DNA from: an uncultured Actinomycetes bacterium
GTDB lineage: Bacteria; Actinomycetota; UBA4738; JBBDTT01
NCBI GenBank assembly: GCA_963742735.1
Contig: CAVUMN010000003.1
Location: forward strand, 544,001-608,000
Length of the DNA: 64,000 nucleotides
Direction of reading: 5' to 3'
In this document: piece after piece, positions 26,262 through 36,302 of the stretch
How positions within the stretch are numbered: the stretch's first letter is position 1
How the letters are laid out: each line of letters starts with the position of its first letter
Program-made: the position numbers and the translations under genes
Notes under the pieces: model-generated
Seen by the model: the letters and a program-made list of their open reading frames with translations, nothing else
What the model was told of the DNA's origin: nothing
Database searches by the model: none

Positions 26262-28157
26262 ATGGGTCGGCGTGTTCCTGGTTCAGCGCCTCCTCGTCTC
26301 GTTCTTCTCTTGGCCCTCGCGGTTGGGCTCTCGGCCGGACTCCTGCCCGGCACGGCCAACGCCGCAAGCGGGGCGGACACGCCGCGGGCGGCGGGGCTCC
26401 CGGAGGATCACCCCGAGCGCGGCCTGGTCTACCGAGGCCTGCGCCCCGCGCGTGCGGACGGGCCGTGTCGCGGACACGGCTACGAGGTGGCCGACACGCG
26501 CGGCGAGACCAGCTGCACCCACGGCCCCGACGTCGCGCCGGCCGGGGTCGACGTTCGCGAGCGGCGCTCGACCGCGGAGATCGCCGCCGACGCGGCGGGC
26601 TCGGCGGCCGCCCAGGGAACCGCCCTCACCTGCATCGGCGACGGCGTGTCCGGCCCCCGGGTTCAGGCGGTGTACGCACGCGCGTCCAACGTGACGAGCC
26701 GCTACTCGAGCGTGCTCGCCTCGATCCGCAGCTACGCGGCCCAGATGGACGCCGACATCAACGCCTCGGCCGCGCAGACCGGCGGCACCCGCCATATCCG
26801 ATGGGTCACCGACGCGAGCTGTCAGCCGACGGTCCTGAACGTCACCCTCTCCACCGCGGGTGACGACGACGTCTACAAGACCCGCGACGAGCTCCGGGCC
26901 CAGGGCTACAACCGAACCGACCGGAAGTACGTCGTGTGGATGGACGCCAACGTCTACTGCGGGATCGGGTTCGTCGAGAACGACGACTCGGCGGGCTCCA
27001 CCAACCGCAACAACGGCATCGTCCAGGGGATGGTCGCCCGGGCCGACAACCAGTGCTGGGGCTCGGTCGAGAGCCACGAGCTGATGCACACCCTCGGGGG
27101 CGTGCAGCTCTCCGCGCCGCACACCACCGGTCTCTGGCACTGCTGGGACGAGTGGGACAAGATGTGTTACGCGGACGGCGGCTCGCACGGAATGATCTAC
27201 ACGTGCGGCTCCGACATGGGCCGGCTGTTCGACTGCGGACACGACGACTACTTCCACACGAACCCTCCGGCCGGCTCGTACCTGGCCACGCACTGGAACA
27301 CGGCGCGGAGCAGCTTCCTCGACGCAAGCGAGACGCCTCCGCCGCCTCCGCCCCCGTCAACCCAGACCCTCACGGTCTCACGCTCGGGCGCGGGGACCGG
27401 CACCATCACCAGCGTCCCGGCCGGGATCAACTGCGGCACGGACTGCACCCAGAGCTACACGTCCGGCACGGTGGTCACGCTGACGTCTCTTCCAAGCCCG
27501 GGCTCGGTCCTCTCCGGTTGGTCGGGGGCCTGCACGGGTCTCCCCGTGTGCGTGGTGACGATGTCCATCGCGAAGAGTGTGACGGCGACGTTCGGGCTCG
27601 GCACGCCGCCCCCGCCCCCTCCGCCGCCGCCGCCGACCGGCACCGTGGTCACCATGACCGACCTGGGCTACACACCGACCATCGTGAAACCCGCGCAGGG
27701 CACCGCCGTGACGTGGTCCTTCACCGGGCTGGGTACGCACGGGGTGATCGACAACAACGGGATGGCCCTCTACAGCTCGGGAGCGAAGCCCGCGGGGTCG
27801 ACCTTCGCTTTCACCTTCTCCGCGGCGGGGACCTACAACTACAAGGACCCCTACAACACCCTCCTGACGGGCCAGGTCAAGGTCCCGATGAAGGTGACGC
27901 CCGCCAGCGGAACCACCGCGACGCCCGTAACGGTCCGGTGGGCAAGCATGGCGACGTTCGCCCCCTGGGCGTTCGACGTACAGATCCGCCGGCCGGGTGG
28001 CCTGTGGGTGACGTTTCGGACGGCAGTGACCTACGCCTACGCGACGTTCACTCCGGATTCGGGAACCGGGACGTATTCGTTCCGCTCGCGTCTGCGCAAC
28101 ACCAGCACAGGCGCGGCTACGGGCTACTCGGCCGCGGGCTCTATCACGGTCTCCTAA
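26262..28157 (+). CDS. secreted HExxH metallopeptidase-like protein with divergent InlB-B repeat, cupredoxin-like and Fn3-like domains
   Basis: Signal peptide; SHELMHTLG; poly-Pro linkers; TLTVSRSGAGTGTITS..GINCG...SGWSGAC...VTATF; GTAVTW...GTYNY...GQVKV. Alternative start GTG 26244. Confidence 0.75.
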   Translation: MGRRVPGSAPPRLVLLLALAVGLSAGLLPGTANAASGADTPRAAGLPEDHPERGLVYRGLRPARADGPCRGHGYEVADTRGETSCTHGPDVAPAGVDVRERRSTAEIAADAAGSAAAQGTALTCIGDGVSGPRVQAVYARASNVTSRYSSVLASIRSYAAQMDADINASAAQTGGTRHIRWVTDASCQPTVLNVTLSTAGDDDVYKTRDELRAQGYNRTDRKYVVWMDANVYCGIGFVENDDSAGSTNRNNGIVQGMVARADNQCWGSVESHELMHTLGGVQLSAPHTTGLWHCWDEWDKMCYADGGSHGMIYTCGSDMGRLFDCGHDDYFHTNPPAGSYLATHWNTARSSFLDASETPPPPPPPSTQTLTVSRSGAGTGTITSVPAGINCGTDCTQSYTSGTVVTLTSLPSPGSVLSGWSGACTGLPVCVVTMSIAKSVTATFGLGTPPPPPPPPPPTGTVVTMTDLGYTPTIVKPAQGTAVTWSFTGLGTHGVIDNNGMALYSSGAKPAGSTFAFTFSAAGTYNYKDPYNTLLTGQVKVPMKVTPASGTTATPVTVRWASMATFAPWAFDVQIRRPGGLWVTFRTAVTYAYATFTPDSGTGTYSFRSRLRNTSTGAATGYSAAGSITVS

Positions 28158-28179
28158 CCGAGACCCCTCGGGCCTCATT

Positions 28180-28224
28180 CGGGGCCCCGGGAGCGAAAAC
28201 CCCCTCTTCGCTCCCGGGGCTCCG
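28180..28224 (+). terminator. long hairpin after the secreted metallopeptidase gene
   Basis: CGGGGCCCCGGGAGCGAA pairs with TTCGCTCCCGGGGCTCCG around a 9-nt loop. Confidence 0.65.
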
Positions 28225-28253
28225 GGAGGCCGCTGCTAGGATCGCCCCCCAGA

Positions 28254-31200
28254 ATGTTCCTCCGGTCCCTCGACGTTCGCGGCTTCAAGTCGTTCGCGGA
28301 CCGCACCTCTCTCGAGTTCCAACCCGGCATCTCCGTCATCGTCGGGCCGAACGGTTCCGGCAAGTCGAACCTGGTCGACGCGATCACCTGGGTGCTCGGG
28401 GAGCAGGGACCTCGCGCGCTGCGCGGCGCCTCGATGGCCGACGTGATCTTCGCGGGATCGCCGGGCCGCCAGGGCCTGGGGATGGCGCAGGTCACGCTCG
28501 TCGTGGACAACAGCGCGGGGATCATCCCCGTCCCGCTCACCGAGATCGAGATCTCGCGCGCCGTCTATCGCTCGGGCGAGAGCCAGTACTTCGTCGGCGG
28601 CAGTCCCGCCCGTCTCCTGGACATCCAGGAGCTGCTCTCCGAGACCGGCATCGGCCGGGCCCTGCACACCGTGGTCGGCCAGAACCAGCTCGAGGACGTC
28701 CTCACCGCCCGGCCGGAGGAGCGCCGTCAATACATCGAGGAGGCCGCGGGCATCGCGAAGCACCGCCGGCGCCGGGAACGCGCCGAGCGCAAGCTCGCCT
28801 CGATCGAGCAGGACGTCCTCCGACTGCAGGACGTCCTCGCCGAGCTCCGCCGTCAGCTGAAGCCACTTCGCCAGCAAGCCGATATGGCGGCGCGGCACGA
28901 GTCGCTCACCACCGAGGCCGGGACGCTGGCCGTGCGCCTGGCCGCGGCCCGGCTCCGATCGCTCAACGAGGATCGAGAAGCTCGTCGGTCCGGGTGGGAG
29001 GAGGGCCAGGCCCGCCGTCGCGAGCGGGAGGAGGCCCTGGCCGCCCTCGACACCGCGCTCGCGGGCCTCGCCGAGCGGCGAGCGGCCGCGGACGAAGCGG
29101 TCGTCCGGGGGATCGCCGAGGCCGAGGCGGCGACGACCGCACGGTCCGAGGCCGAGTCGGTGCTGCGCGCCGCCGTCCGCGCCGAGGGCGAGGCTCGCGC
29201 GCGGCTCGCCGAGGCGGGGAACCGCTCGGGCCGCATCCTGTTGCTCTCGGCCGACCTCGAGCGAACCGAGGGCGCCATGGCAGAGGTCCGCGTAACGCTC
29301 GAGGCCCGCGCCGCGGAGCTGGAGGTCGCCGAGGCGGCCTACACCGCGGCCCGGGCCGAGCGCGAGGCCGCGGAGTCCTCCGCCCGGACGGCGCACGAGG
29401 AGTCCGCACGCCGCCGGGCCGAGGCGGACGCGCTGCAGCGAAGCCTGGACGGCTACGAGCGCGAGCGGGAGCGCCTGGACGCACAGATCGCCGACGTCGA
29501 CCGCCGGCTCACCGCCGGGGATGCGGAACGGGAGTCGCTCGACGCCGAGATCGAGCGGCTCGACGAGAAGGAGACGCCGCTCAGCAAGGAGCAGGCCCGC
29601 GTCGAGCGCGAGCGGGGAGCGCTCGTCGCCGAGGTGCGCGAGCTCGAGGAACGCGAGGCCAGGCTGGCCGCCCGCCTGGCGGGCGCCCGGGAGCGCATGG
29701 ATGCCCTGGCGGAGACGCCGGGACGCCGATACCTGCGGACGCGTCCGGGCCGGGCGGCGGGCACCCTGGCCGACTTGTTGAACGTCGAGGCCGGCTTCGA
29801 GCTCGCCGTGGAGGCCGCCCTCGGGCCGTTCGCGGACCTCGTCGTGCCGGACGCCGAGGCGTCGGCCCTGGAGGACCTGGACGCGGTCGCCGGCTCGGCG
29901 TTCGGGCTCGACCCGGTGGCCGACGCGTTGGTGCGCGACCCGGGCGACCGTCCGCTGCTCGAGGTGATCCGGCCGGATCCCCGGGCCGAGGCGATCGCGC
30001 GAGCCCTTCTCGGCTCGGCCTTCCTGGTGGATGACCTCGCCGCCGCCGCCGCGCGCCGGCGGCGGTACCCCGGCGCGACCTTCGTGACCCGGGACGGCCA
30101 CGCGGTCGGGCCCGTGGTGGCTCGCCGCGTCCAGGGGGCCGGGACGGGCGTTCGCGCCGCCGAGGAGGAGCGGGACGCCGTCGAGCAGGACCTGAAGAAC
30201 GTCCGCGAGGCCATGGCACGCCGTCGCGAGTCCCTCACGTCGATCGAGCGGGAGGCGTCACAGGTCGAGTCGAAGCTCGGCGAGGCGGACGCGCTGATCA
30301 CCGCGGCGGCCGACCGCATGGGCCGCATCTCGACCGACCTGGCAACCCTCGGCAGGGAGCGGGACGTTCTCGCCGAGCGGCTCACCGCCCTGGACGAGGC
30401 GGCCGCGTCGTGGCGCGACGCCCTGGCGGCCGTGCCTCCGCCGCCGCCCGAGCCCGCCGCGATGCCGCCGGCGCCGGAGGCGCCCATGGCCCTCCGTGTC
30501 GAGACCGAGTCCCTCCGCCGCGAGGGCGCCCGCCTGGAGACCTCCGCCGCCCGGGCCCGGGACGAGCTCGCGGTGCTGCGCGCCGAGGACCCCGCGAGCC
30601 TGCAGGCCGCGATGGAGCGGGCCATGGGCGAGCGGGCCGCCGCCGAGGCCGGGCTCGCCGCCGCCGCCGAACGGCTGGATGCCGCCGCGCGGGCTCGCGA
30701 TGCCGCCGCGGGGTCGGAGCGCGCGCTCCGCGAGGAGGAGGCCGAGGCCAACCGCCGGTGGCGGGAGGCCGCCGCCGACCTGGCCCGGCTTCGCGACGAG
30801 TACGAGGAGGCCGACCAGACGCGCCGTGACCTGGAGCGGCGCATCCAGGACGCCGAGCGGGTGCTGCGGGAGGGCCACGGCCGCGACCCGGCGGACGCGC
30901 TGGCCGAGCTCGCCGAGGAGGACACCGTCGAGAGCCTCGGGCGGCGGGCCGACCTGGTCGCCCGCAGGCTGGCGCTGCTCGGGCGGGTGAACCTGCTGGC
31001 CACCGACGAGTTCGGGGCCCTGCAAGAGCGCCACGACTTCATGACCCGCGAGCTCGACGACGTCCGCACCGCCCGCCGGGAGCTCCAGGAGGTCATCGCC
31101 GACATCGACCGGCGCATCGTGGAGAGCTTCGACCGCGCGTACCGCGACGTCGCCGAGAGCTTCGAGCAGCTGTTCGGACAGCTCTTCCCGGGCGGCGAGG

Positions 31201-31667
31201 GCCGGGTCGTCCTGACCGAGTCCGAGGACCTGCTGGCCACCGGGGTGGACATCGAGGCCCGCCCGGGCCGCAAGCGCGTCAAGCGTCTGTCGCTGCTGTC
31301 GGGCGGCGAGCGCGCCCTGACCGCCCTGTGCTTCCTCTTCTCGATCTTCCGGGCTCGGCCGAGCCCGTTCTACCTGCTGGACGAGGTCGAGGCCGCCCTC
31401 GACGACGTGAACCTCCACCGGTTCCTCGAGCTCATCCGGGGGTTCGCGCACGACTCCCAGGTCATCCTGGTCACCCACCAGAAGCGCACGATGGAGGTGG
31501 CCGACATCCTGTACGGCGTGTCCATGGGCAAGGACGGCTCCTCCCACGTGATCGCCCAGCGCATGGAGGCAACCTCGACGGCCGGCGTCCCGGAACCGGA
31601 GGGCCCGAGCGAAGCGAGGGCCTCGGCCGAGGAGGAACCCGCCAGGGACGCGGAGCCGATTCACTAG
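28254..31667 (+). CDS. smc: chromosome segregation protein SMC
   Basis: GFKSF, GPNGSGKSN, IEEAAG, long coiled coils, LSGGE, LDEVEAALD, VTH. Confidence 0.96.
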   Translation: MFLRSLDVRGFKSFADRTSLEFQPGISVIVGPNGSGKSNLVDAITWVLGEQGPRALRGASMADVIFAGSPGRQGLGMAQVTLVVDNSAGIIPVPLTEIEISRAVYRSGESQYFVGGSPARLLDIQELLSETGIGRALHTVVGQNQLEDVLTARPEERRQYIEEAAGIAKHRRRRERAERKLASIEQDVLRLQDVLAELRRQLKPLRQQADMAARHESLTTEAGTLAVRLAAARLRSLNEDREARRSGWEEGQARRREREEALAALDTALAGLAERRAAADEAVVRGIAEAEAATTARSEAESVLRAAVRAEGEARARLAEAGNRSGRILLLSADLERTEGAMAEVRVTLEARAAELEVAEAAYTAARAEREAAESSARTAHEESARRRAEADALQRSLDGYERERERLDAQIADVDRRLTAGDAERESLDAEIERLDEKETPLSKEQARVERERGALVAEVRELEEREARLAARLAGARERMDALAETPGRRYLRTRPGRAAGTLADLLNVEAGFELAVEAALGPFADLVVPDAEASALEDLDAVAGSAFGLDPVADALVRDPGDRPLLEVIRPDPRAEAIARALLGSAFLVDDLAAAAARRRRYPGATFVTRDGHAVGPVVARRVQGAGTGVRAAEEERDAVEQDLKNVREAMARRRESLTSIEREASQVESKLGEADALITAAADRMGRISTDLATLGRERDVLAERLTALDEAAASWRDALAAVPPPPPEPAAMPPAPEAPMALRVETESLRREGARLETSAARARDELAVLRAEDPASLQAAMERAMGERAAAEAGLAAAAERLDAAARARDAAAGSERALREEEAEANRRWREAAADLARLRDEYEEADQTRRDLERRIQDAERVLREGHGRDPADALAELAEEDTVESLGRRADLVARRLALLGRVNLLATDEFGALQERHDFMTRELDDVRTARRELQEVIADIDRRIVESFDRAYRDVAESFEQLFGQLFPGGEGRVVLTESEDLLATGVDIEARPGRKRVKRLSLLSGGERALTALCFLFSIFRARPSPFYLLDEVEAALDDVNLHRFLELIRGFAHDSQVILVTHQKRTMEVADILYGVSMGKDGSSHVIAQRMEATSTAGVPEPEGPSEARASAEEEPARDAEPIH

Positions 31668-31679
31668 GCTTCGGAGGTC

Positions 31680-32714
31680 GTGCCGAGTGGGGTGGCCGTG
31701 GAGATCCTGATCGTCGTCGGGCTCGTGGTGGTCCTCGCGGCCGCCGTGGTCCTGGTTCGGGTCCGGGGCAGGACCCCGGCGCCGAAGGCGCCCCGTCCAC
31801 CGAAGGCGCCGAAGCCCCCGGCCGCCCCGGCGCCCGTCCCCGTTCCCGAGGCGGTCCCCGAGGCTCGCGGCCTCGGGGGGCGGGTTCGCGCCCTCCTGGG
31901 CCGCGCCCCCGAGCCCGACGCCTGGCCGAAGCTCGAGGACCTGCTCGTGCGGGCCGACGTCGGGCCCGCGGCTGCCTCCCGTCTGGTCGAGCGAGTTCGA
32001 GAGCGCTTCGAGGCGGGCGCCGACACCGCGGAGCTGCTTGCCCAGGAGATCGCGGGCATCTTCGCGGGCGATCGCCCGTTCGCGCCGGTCGACGGCCGGC
32101 TCTCGGTCGTCCTCGTCGTGGGGGTGAACGGGAGCGGCAAGACCACCACGATCGGCAAGCTGGCCGCGATGCTGTCCGGCGCCGGAAAGAAGGTCTGCCT
32201 GGCCGCCAGCGACACGTTCCGCGCGGCGGCGGGCGAACAGCTGGAGGTGTGGGCGAACCGGGCGGGCGCGGACCTGGTGGCCCAGGCGCGCGGAGCGGAT
32301 CCGGGCGCGGTGGCCTTCGACGCGGTGCAGGCGGCGAGGGCCCGGGGGGCGGACGTGCTCATCGTCGACACGGCCGGGCGCCTGCACACCCGCGAACCGC
32401 TCATGGAGGAGCTCAAGAAGGTCCGCCGGGTGCTGGACAAGGCCGGGGGCGACGTCGACGAGACGCTGCTGGTCCTGGACGCGACGACCGGCCAGAACGG
32501 GATCGCCCAGGCCCGGGCGTTCACCGAGGCCGTCGAGATCAGCGGCATCGTCCTGACGAAGCTCGACGGCTCGGCGCGGGGCGGGATCGTGGTGGCGGTC
32601 CGCGAGGAGCTCGGGATCCCGGTGAAGCTGATCGGGATGGGGGAGCGCGTCGAGGACCTTCGCCCGTTCGAGGCCGGCGAATTCGCCCGTTCGCTGGTGA
32701 GCTCGGAGCCGTGA
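31680..32714 (+). CDS. ftsY: signal recognition particle receptor FtsY
   Basis: N-terminal TM; GVNGSGKTTT, DTFRAAA, DTAGR, DATTGQN, TKLDG. Confidence 0.96.
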   Translation: MPSGVAVEILIVVGLVVVLAAAVVLVRVRGRTPAPKAPRPPKAPKPPAAPAPVPVPEAVPEARGLGGRVRALLGRAPEPDAWPKLEDLLVRADVGPAAASRLVERVRERFEAGADTAELLAQEIAGIFAGDRPFAPVDGRLSVVLVVGVNGSGKTTTIGKLAAMLSGAGKKVCLAASDTFRAAAGEQLEVWANRAGADLVAQARGADPGAVAFDAVQAARARGADVLIVDTAGRLHTREPLMEELKKVRRVLDKAGGDVDETLLVLDATTGQNGIAQARAFTEAVEISGIVLTKLDGSARGGIVVAVREELGIPVKLIGMGERVEDLRPFEAGEFARSLVSSEP

Positions 32715-33100
32715 CCTCCGTCCTGGTCGTCGACGACGACGCGGGGATCCGCGGGGTGATGCGGGCCATCCTCGAGCACGAGGAGTACGCGATCTACGAG
32801 GCGGAGACCGGCGAGGTGGCCCTGGCCTTCTGCGCGGCGGCCCACCCGGACGTCGTGATCCTGGACCTCATGCTTCCGGGCATGCACGGCCTGGACGTCC
32901 TTCGCGCCTTGAAAGCGGATCCGAAGACGGCGGAGAGCAAGGTGGTGGTGATCACCGCGATGGGCTCCTCGGCGAAGGACGAGGCGCTCGCCAACGGCGC
33001 GGACGGGTTCTTCGAGAAGCCGTTCAGTCCGATCGCGCTGATTCAGGTCGTGGAAGGGGCGCTGGCGGCACCCCCGCCGGTGCGGCCTGGGGAAGGTTGA
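32711..33100 (+). CDS. single-domain response regulator (CheY-like)
   Basis: VLVVDDD, ILDLMLPGMHG, ITA, KPF; GTGA overlap with ftsY. Confidence 0.9.
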   Translation: MTSVLVVDDDAGIRGVMRAILEHEEYAIYEAETGEVALAFCAAAHPDVVILDLMLPGMHGLDVLRALKADPKTAESKVVVITAMGSSAKDEALANGADGFFEKPFSPIALIQVVEGALAAPPPVRPGEG

Positions 33101-34844
33101 CCACGAACTCGGCCCCGCCCCGGGGCCCCGAGTCCACCGAGATCCGTCCGCCCATCGCCTCGACCAGCCGCTTGGAGATGTAGAGGCCCAGCCCCGCGCC
33201 TTCCTCTTCATGGCCGCGCTTCCCCGTCTGGTGGAACCGGTCGAAGATGCGCTCCCGTTCCTCCTCGGAGATGCCCGGCCCCTCGTCGCGGACCGCGAAC
33301 CGGACCCCGCCCTCCGGGCGATCCACCTCGACCTCCACCACCCCGTCGGCCGGCGAATACTTGAGCGCATTCTGGACCAGGTTGCGCAGGACCTGGGAGA
33401 GCCGGTGGGGATCCAGGCGGACCACCCCGTCCGCGCGAATGTCGAGGCGGATGCGCTCGCTCTGCGCGTCGAACGTGGCCACGAGGTCCTGCATCACGGC
33501 GGTGATCGCGACGTCCTCCGGCTCCACGCTCATCCGCCCGGCCTCGAGCCTGGACACCACCAGCAGGTCCTCGAGCAGGCGACCCAGCTTGCGGCTCTGC
33601 CCGTCGATCACGTCCAGGAAGTGCTGGCGTTCCTCCGGAGAGAGCCGCTCGGAGTGGCGCTTCAGGGTCTCGATGAACCCGCGGATCGCGGTGAGGGGCG
33701 TGCGCAGCTCGTGGCTGGTGACTGCGACGAAGTCGGACTTCATCTCGTCGAGCTCGCGGAGCTTGGTGAGGGCCTCGCGCTGACGGCTGAGCGCCGCCGC
33801 GTTGTTCATCACGAGCGCAACCTGGTCGGCCAGGCGGGTCATGAAGTCGAGGGTCGCCGTGGTGAGCCGCCCCGGCCGGCGGCTCTCGACGTCGAGGACC
33901 CCGATGACCTCCCCGCCGACCCGCAGGGGGACGGCGATCTCGGAGCACACCTCGGGGTCGATCTCGATGTAGTCCGGGTCGGCGCGGACGTCCTCGACCA
34001 GGATCCCCCGGTCCTCGGCCCACGCTCGCCCCGTGACGCCTTGGCCGGGCAGCAGGCGCTGACTCCGGGTCTCCGCCGGAAGGCCGAACACGGCGCCGAA
34101 CCGGAGCCGGCCGTCCTCGATGGTGCCGATGGACAGCGTCTCCAGGTCGAGGTCGGTCCCGATCGCCTCGACCATCGACTGCAGGGACGCCTCGAGGTCC
34201 GAGGCCGCGACACCGGCCATCACGGTGTGGTGGAACGCCGCCAGCTCCTTCCGCGCGGCGACCTCCCGGCCGGTCTGCTCACGAGCCTGAGTCGCGAGGG
34301 TGGCCAGCGACCGGGCCATGTACCCGGCCACCAGGGCGATGAGCGCCGCGATCCCCACCACGAAGGTGTACCGGTTCAGGACGAAGTCGTAGTTCTGGAG
34401 GCTGGCCACCCGGAAGGCCTCGCGGGCCGCCTCCGAGATGGCGATGAAGCCGAGCGACCAGAGCGCGCCGCGCATCTGGTAGCGGAGGGCCCCCTGGAGC
34501 GGGACCAGGTACAGGAGGACCCACCCGATGTCGTTGGGGTTGTAGCTCCCCAACCACACGAACCCCGTCAGCACGGCCGAGTCCATGCAGAACGCGAACA
34601 GTCCGAGGCGCCGGGCGTCCCGGGAGGCGTCCACCCGTCGCAGCGCGTGCGCGATGACCAGGTTCCCGGCGGCGACCAGGCCGATCAGGACGAACGAGGC
34701 GGTGACGACGTCGCTCGGCGGCCGCGGCTGGGCGCGTCCCAGCTGCCAGGCCTGGAACACGGCGAGGCCGATGCCGAACCAGCGGATCCTGACGAGGGTC
34801 CGCTCGAGGCGCGTCAGCTGCGAGAGGTCGCGGAGGGCTTCCAG
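33024..34844 (-). CDS. membrane GAF-domain sensor histidine kinase (probable CTG start 34844; first canonical GTG 34760)
   Basis: Several TM helices; GAF (GVTGRAW...SEIAVPL...GVLDVES); H-box SHELRTPL; N-box NLVQNALKY; DEGPGI; GLGL. Confidence 0.9.
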   Translation of the reverse strand: MEALRDLSQLTRLERTLVRIRWFGIGLAVFQAWQLGRAQPRPPSDVVTASFVLIGLVAAGNLVIAHALRRVDASRDARRLGLFAFCMDSAVLTGFVWLGSYNPNDIGWVLLYLVPLQGALRYQMRGALWSLGFIAISEAAREAFRVASLQNYDFVLNRYTFVVGIAALIALVAGYMARSLATLATQAREQTGREVAARKELAAFHHTVMAGVAASDLEASLQSMVEAIGTDLDLETLSIGTIEDGRLRFGAVFGLPAETRSQRLLPGQGVTGRAWAEDRGILVEDVRADPDYIEIDPEVCSEIAVPLRVGGEVIGVLDVESRRPGRLTTATLDFMTRLADQVALVMNNAAALSRQREALTKLRELDEMKSDFVAVTSHELRTPLTAIRGFIETLKRHSERLSPEERQHFLDVIDGQSRKLGRLLEDLLVVSRLEAGRMSVEPEDVAITAVMQDLVATFDAQSERIRLDIRADGVVRLDPHRLSQVLRNLVQNALKYSPADGVVEVEVDRPEGGVRFAVRDEGPGISEEERERIFDRFHQTGKRGHEEEGAGLGLYISKRLVEAMGGRISVDSGPRGGAEFVVNLPQAAPAGVPPAPLPRPESARSD

Positions 34845-34929
34845 GACGGTGCTCCCGCGGGTCGTCCCCTAGAATGGCCGTCCCGCACGGGCAGGATACG
34901 ACGACGATCCCGGGCGGAACAGATCGGAA

Positions 34930-36276
34930 ATGTTCGACACACTCTCCGGCCGCCTCGGCGCGGTCTTCAGCAAGCTCCGCTCCCGCGGGAAGCTCCACCC
35001 CAAGCAGGTGGACGCCGCGCTGGGCGACATCCGCACGGCCCTGCTCGAGGCGGACGTGGCCGTGGAGGTGGCCGACGACTTCCTGGCCCGCGTTCGGTCG
35101 CGCGCGCTCTCGGACGAGGTGATGCGCTCGCTCACCCCCGCGCAGCAGGTCGTGAAGATCGTGAACGACGAGCTCACGGCCACGCTGGGCGGCGAGCACA
35201 AGCCGTTCATCGCGTCGGGGAACCCGGCCGTGATCATGCTCGCCGGCCTCCAGGGCTCGGGCAAGACCACCCACGCGGCCAAGCTCGCACTGCACCTGAA
35301 GGAGAAGGGGCGGCAACCGCTGCTTGTGGCGGCCGACCTGGCCCGGCCAGCGGCCATCGAGCAGCTGTTCACCCTCGGGGCCGAGATCGGCGTGCCGGTG
35401 GTCTCCGAGGGCAAGGACGCTCCGAAGGTGGCCAGGAACGCCCTGAAGCAGGCCCGCCGTGAGGGCTTCGACGTGGTGATCGTCGACACTGCCGGCCGCC
35501 TGCACGTGGACGCGGAGATGATGCGCGAGGCCGCTCGCGTCCGCCGCGAGGTGGAGCCGCAGCACGTGCTGATGGTGGCCGACGCGATGACCGGTCAGGA
35601 CGCGGTCCATCAGGCGCGCGCATTCATGAAGGAGGTCGACCTGACGGGGTTCATCCTGTCCAAGCTCGACGGCGACGCGCGGGGCGGCGCCGCGCTGTCG
35701 GCGACCTTCGTGACCGGCCGCCCGATCTACTTCGCCGGCGTCGGCGAGAAGGTCGGCGATCTGGAGCCGTTCCACCCCGACCGCATGTCCGGCCGGATCC
35801 TCGGGATGGGCGACGTCCTCACGCTGATCGACAAGGCCGAGCGGACGATGGACCAGGAGACGGCCCAGGCCGCCGCGGAGAAGATGCTCCGGGCCGAGTT
35901 CACCCTGGAGGACTTCCTGGTCCAGATGCGCGAGGTGAAGAAGCTCGGGCCGCTGCAGGACCTGCTGGCGATGATGCCGGGCGTGCCGGGGAAGGCGGGG
36001 CTGAAGGACCTCCAGGTCGACGACCGTGGCCTCGATCGGACGGAGGCCATCATCTGCTCGATGACTCCCGAGGAGCGACGGCTTCCGTCTATCATCGGCG
36101 GCAGCCGCCGGGCCCGGATCGCGCGCGGCAGCGGTACGACCACCACCGAGGTGAACGCGCTTTTGAAGCAGTTCGACCAGGCGAAGAAGATGATGAAGCG
36201 CCTGGGCATGGGCGGCGGTGGGAAGTTGAAGATGCCGAGGATCCCCGGGATGCCGCAGATTCCCGGCCTCGGGTAA
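34930..36276 (+). CDS. ffh: signal recognition particle protein
   Basis: [47 protein letters not shown]. Confidence 0.97.
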   Translation: MFDTLSGRLGAVFSKLRSRGKLHPKQVDAALGDIRTALLEADVAVEVADDFLARVRSRALSDEVMRSLTPAQQVVKIVNDELTATLGGEHKPFIASGNPAVIMLAGLQGSGKTTHAAKLALHLKEKGRQPLLVAADLARPAAIEQLFTLGAEIGVPVVSEGKDAPKVARNALKQARREGFDVVIVDTAGRLHVDAEMMREAARVRREVEPQHVLMVADAMTGQDAVHQARAFMKEVDLTGFILSKLDGDARGGAALSATFVTGRPIYFAGVGEKVGDLEPFHPDRMSGRILGMGDVLTLIDKAERTMDQETAQAAAEKMLRAEFTLEDFLVQMREVKKLGPLQDLLAMMPGVPGKAGLKDLQVDDRGLDRTEAIICSMTPEERRLPSIIGGSRRARIARGSGTTTTEVNALLKQFDQAKKMMKRLGMGGGGKLKMPRIPGMPQIPGLG

Positions 36277-36302
36277 CCCTCAGGCGAAGGAGCAGCACCG
36301 AC

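Noticed and set aside
28858-28885. TGAAG-N15-GCCGATAT sigma28-like match
   Set aside because: Inside the smc coding sequence with no gene start downstream; likely chance.
26936-30034. 1032-aa alternative-frame ORF and other long shadow ORFs (e.g. 45375..48224, 21565..23748, 33210..35462)
   Set aside because: Arg/Gly/Pro-rich or antisense shadows of real genes, expected from high GC3 codon bias; no motifs.
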